From: the human T2T-CHM13v2.0 reference genome, Homo sapiens
Assembly (NCBI GenBank): GCA_009914755.4
Contig: CP068257.2
Span: 22,720,001-22,784,000, forward strand
Length of the DNA stretch: 64,000 nucleotides
Direction: 5' to 3'
Part shown: one piece after another, positions 60,801-64,000 of the stretch
How the letters are laid out: each line of letters begins with the position of its first letter
Numbering within the stretch: position 1 is the first letter of the stretch
Position numbers and translations under genes: made by a program
Notes under the pieces: generated by a model
Database searches by the model: none
What the model was told of the DNA's origin: nothing
What the model saw: the letters and a program-made list of their open reading frames with translations, nothing else

Positions 60801-63800
60801 ATGGGCCCTTGCTTTTTTTTTTTCCAGCTAATCATGTTTATGACAAGATTCCACCTTCTTTACCTAAATTGATATTTTTTATATTTATATTTATTTTTTA
60901 AAATCTGACAGTAAAAACAAAGTTTATGAATCAGAGGTTAAAAATATCATTTGCTTATAGAATATCTTAACACAGGTTCTGCTTGTTTCATTTCTACAGA
61001 AGTAACCTGCACATATAGAAGAGGCATCTGCAGTACAGGATTGGAGCTCCACCCTTACAAAATCTCCAAACTTACATAGGGCAATTTGTACATATTTTTT
61101 CTTCCCTTCTTGAGAAAGAAGAGAAAGCTTTTTCTCTAATGTAAACAAATCCCCTCTGGGAAGTGTACAAAAAGGTCCCTAAGTTGCTTCAACTCTTTAA
61201 AATGTAAATGAATGGGTTAGAAATTGATTACCTGTTGTTATGTAAATGAATGGCTCTAGAGATGATGAATTTGTAAATTTCCCTAGGGTTTTTATCTTTA
61301 ATTTCCAGGACTTGTTTGCCTCTTCCTCATTTTCTTTTAAGTTGGATTGCCAGTACATTTTGCCCAGAAAGTCATGACCGTGCAAAAATGTAAAAATAGT
61401 CACATTTTGTTCTAACACAAATTGATCTCTATACCGATGGTGTTATATTTATGGCAAATAATGATTTTCTCAGTACATAATTATTAAACATGTAGTAATG
61501 CTAATGTGGAGGATAAGGCAGTAAACAAGGGGGGAAATATCTTTGCCCTCTAGACATGGGAAAACAAATAAGCAAAACAAATGGTAACTTAATAATAAAA
61601 GCCAAGGGAACAAATAATCAGAGAAACAGATTGAAATCATGGGGACTTTGGGATTTTCAAGCGGATGTTCAGAGAAGTTCACATTAATGAGAAGACAGTA
61701 TCTGAATGAAGAATCTAAAAATGAGGGTGTGAACCTTGACAGTGACAGAGAGAATTTGATTAGGGAGCAGGACCAGTGAAAGCAAAAGCCTTAAGCCGGA
61801 GTCATGTTTGGCTATTCAAGAAACAACAAGGATAATAGCATAGCGAGGACAGAGAAAGTGGAAGAGAGACTGGCTATGATAGATAATATTCACAGTCAGG
61901 TCACTAAATTAATTTAATATATAATTGAATGCTAATATATTGCGTATGTTACACAGTAAAATTAGGAAAGGTGTCATGGAAGGATTGGAAATTGGATTCC
62001 TTCTATAAAGAAAAATATATTTTATATATACAGAGTAGGGATTGCAAAGGAATTTAGGCAAAGTGTTTGTGGCTAAAACCCCTATGATATTACCAAATTT
62101 TACCCCTTTTATCTTCAGCAGAGATAATTAGCAGAGATAATTAACATGACTGCCCAACTAAAATACATGTCTCCCCCTCTTTTATAATTAGGTGTGGACA
62201 TAGCTAAATTATCACAAAAGGCAAATATGTGGAATTAAGTAAGCTTGAGAAAAATGGAATGGCTTGTTCCTCAATATTGTCCACCACGCTGAATCTAAAA
62301 CACAAAACTGCAAGTTCTTCTGCTTTCTCTTTTCTGCCCTTCCTCCTTTTCACCTTTCTTTTTTAATCATCTCCCCCTTCCTTTCTCTTTTCTTTCTTCC
62401 TTTACGCCTTCCTCATTTTCTTCCACAAATGATTCATCCACTTCTATATGTCAGGCACTGTACAGGGTGTCTGAGATTCAGCTGTAAGTCAAACCAGAAT
62501 CTGTCTTACCCCAGTGGATCTCGTACTCACATATATGAAGAGATGATGATAAAAAAAGTTGCCCTGTTGATTTGGGGAGGTCGAGGCCAGGCCCCCACTT
62601 GGCTTGAAGGGACATTTTCAGACTTTTCTTTCTGTCACTTGGAGTGTCTATGCCTCTCATGTTTCCCTAATAAACTCCTCAACTTTTTTTAAAAAAAGTT
62701 TCAGATATGAATGTTACATTCCAACTTGTATAACTGGTAATGAAGAAGTGTCATAAATTAAAATAATAATAAGTGAAATATGGCAGTATAATATAGTGCT
62801 CAAAAAAGTTCCATCATTTTCTGAAATTTCAAAGCCATATAACATTAGGTAAGTTACACAAACTTTGAAAGTTTTAGTTTCTGTTTTAAAAGAATATAAA
62901 GGGAATGCTTCATGTAGTGAGCAATTGTGTTTATAAAAAATTTTAGCCAGTGTAAGGATGCTAACGATGATGCATGTGAAGTTTATGTAAAATGCTCTGA
63001 AACAACATTCTCTGAAGCATAGTGAGAGCTTAATGAATTTGAGCTATGGATATTGTGAATTACTAACTATTTGACCTTGGCAGAATCATGATAGAGGATG
63101 TCCTGAGGATGCAGTGATGTGCCGAGAATTTGAGAGTAAGAGTTTAAAGCAATGTTATATTCACAAAGAAATAATAAAATATACAAGGCCAGATGTCTAG
63201 AGATCACAGACTTTTTAAAATAATTCATGCTTTTAAATTCATACTTTGTTTTTAACAAATTCAAATGCCTTCACAGGAGGGGTAACAACCATAACTGTGT
63301 GAAAAACTGAGCCATCACCTAAGTAATAATAATTTTTAAAAATTAATAAGAATCATAAATAATCAAAAGCCTGGAGTCAACTTCCACATCCCAATTTAAA
63401 CGTGAAGCTATAATGAGACTTCAAAAATTCATGGAAAAATTGAATTAAAATATAAAAATAAAAAATACAAACTTTATTTCTCAACAGACACTCCATTAAG
63501 TTCAAAACACTTTTATAAGTGACTCCAAACATTTAGTCCCTCCATAAAGGAATGAGAGTCCTTGGAATTTAACCATGTCAATGCAGTCTGTTTTTATATT
63601 ATTACATAAATAAATGGCTGTTCTTTACATAATTTTAAAAGTTAGGAAACCCAGAAATTGCCAGAAGGCACCAAATCAGGACTGGAAAGTGGATGGCTAA
63701 TAATTTCTCATTGAAATTCTCACAATATTGTTTTTGTTTTAGGAGAAGAATGAGCAGGAACATTGTCATGGTAGTGAAGCTTTGTTGAGTGTTTCTCTGC

Positions 63801-64000
63801 TAACGCTTTAGCTAACTTTCTCAAAACACTCTTATAATAAGCAGATGTTATTATCCTTGGCCCTCCAGAAACTCAGAAAGTAAAATGCCTTGAGCATTCT
63901 AAAAACCTGTTGCAATGACCTTTGCTCTTGACCAGTCTGTTTTTGCTTTGACTGGACCACTTCTACCTCTTGGTAGCCATTGTTTTGATTGTACTTTGTC

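Overview
This 64-kb window is not a prokaryotic or accessory-element locus. It is AT-rich, CpG-depleted primate (almost certainly human) genomic DNA of the intergenic or deep-intronic, gene-poor type. Reading the sequence directly, I can place nine Alu SINEs plus one free Alu monomer. There are at least seven LINE-1 pieces: one L1PA-like 5' portion with 5'UTR, ORF1 and the start of ORF2; one L1PA-like 3' portion; and several older L1M/L1PB-like fragments. There are about a dozen ERVL-MaLR / ERV LTR elements of THE1, MST and MLT1 type, including one near full-length THE1 with its internal region and two copies of an unclassified ERV-type LTR. There are also (TG)n and (TA)n microsatellites, local tandem duplications, and a striking ~480-bp palindromic AT-rich repeat.

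I find no credible protein-coding gene, tRNA, rRNA, CRISPR array or CpG island. Every sizeable ORF in the six-frame track is a decayed L1 ORF1/ORF2 fragment, is Alu- or THE1-derived, or is a chance ORF in low-complexity AT-rich DNA. I therefore do not support the premise that a novel biological system is encoded here. The items worth a second look are structural: a PATRR-like palindrome; a chimeric Alu-Alu insertion flanked by a single target-site duplication; a young AluY with a perfect 16-bp TSD; a nested LTR complex; and a 5'-only L1.

Ancient repeats (MIR, L2, DNA transposons) are probably present in the stretches I call 'unique', but I cannot call them reliably by eye. RepeatMasker/Dfam and BLAT against hg38 or T2T-CHM13 would settle the families and the genomic address. 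All coordinates are approximate to within about ±10 bp unless stated.
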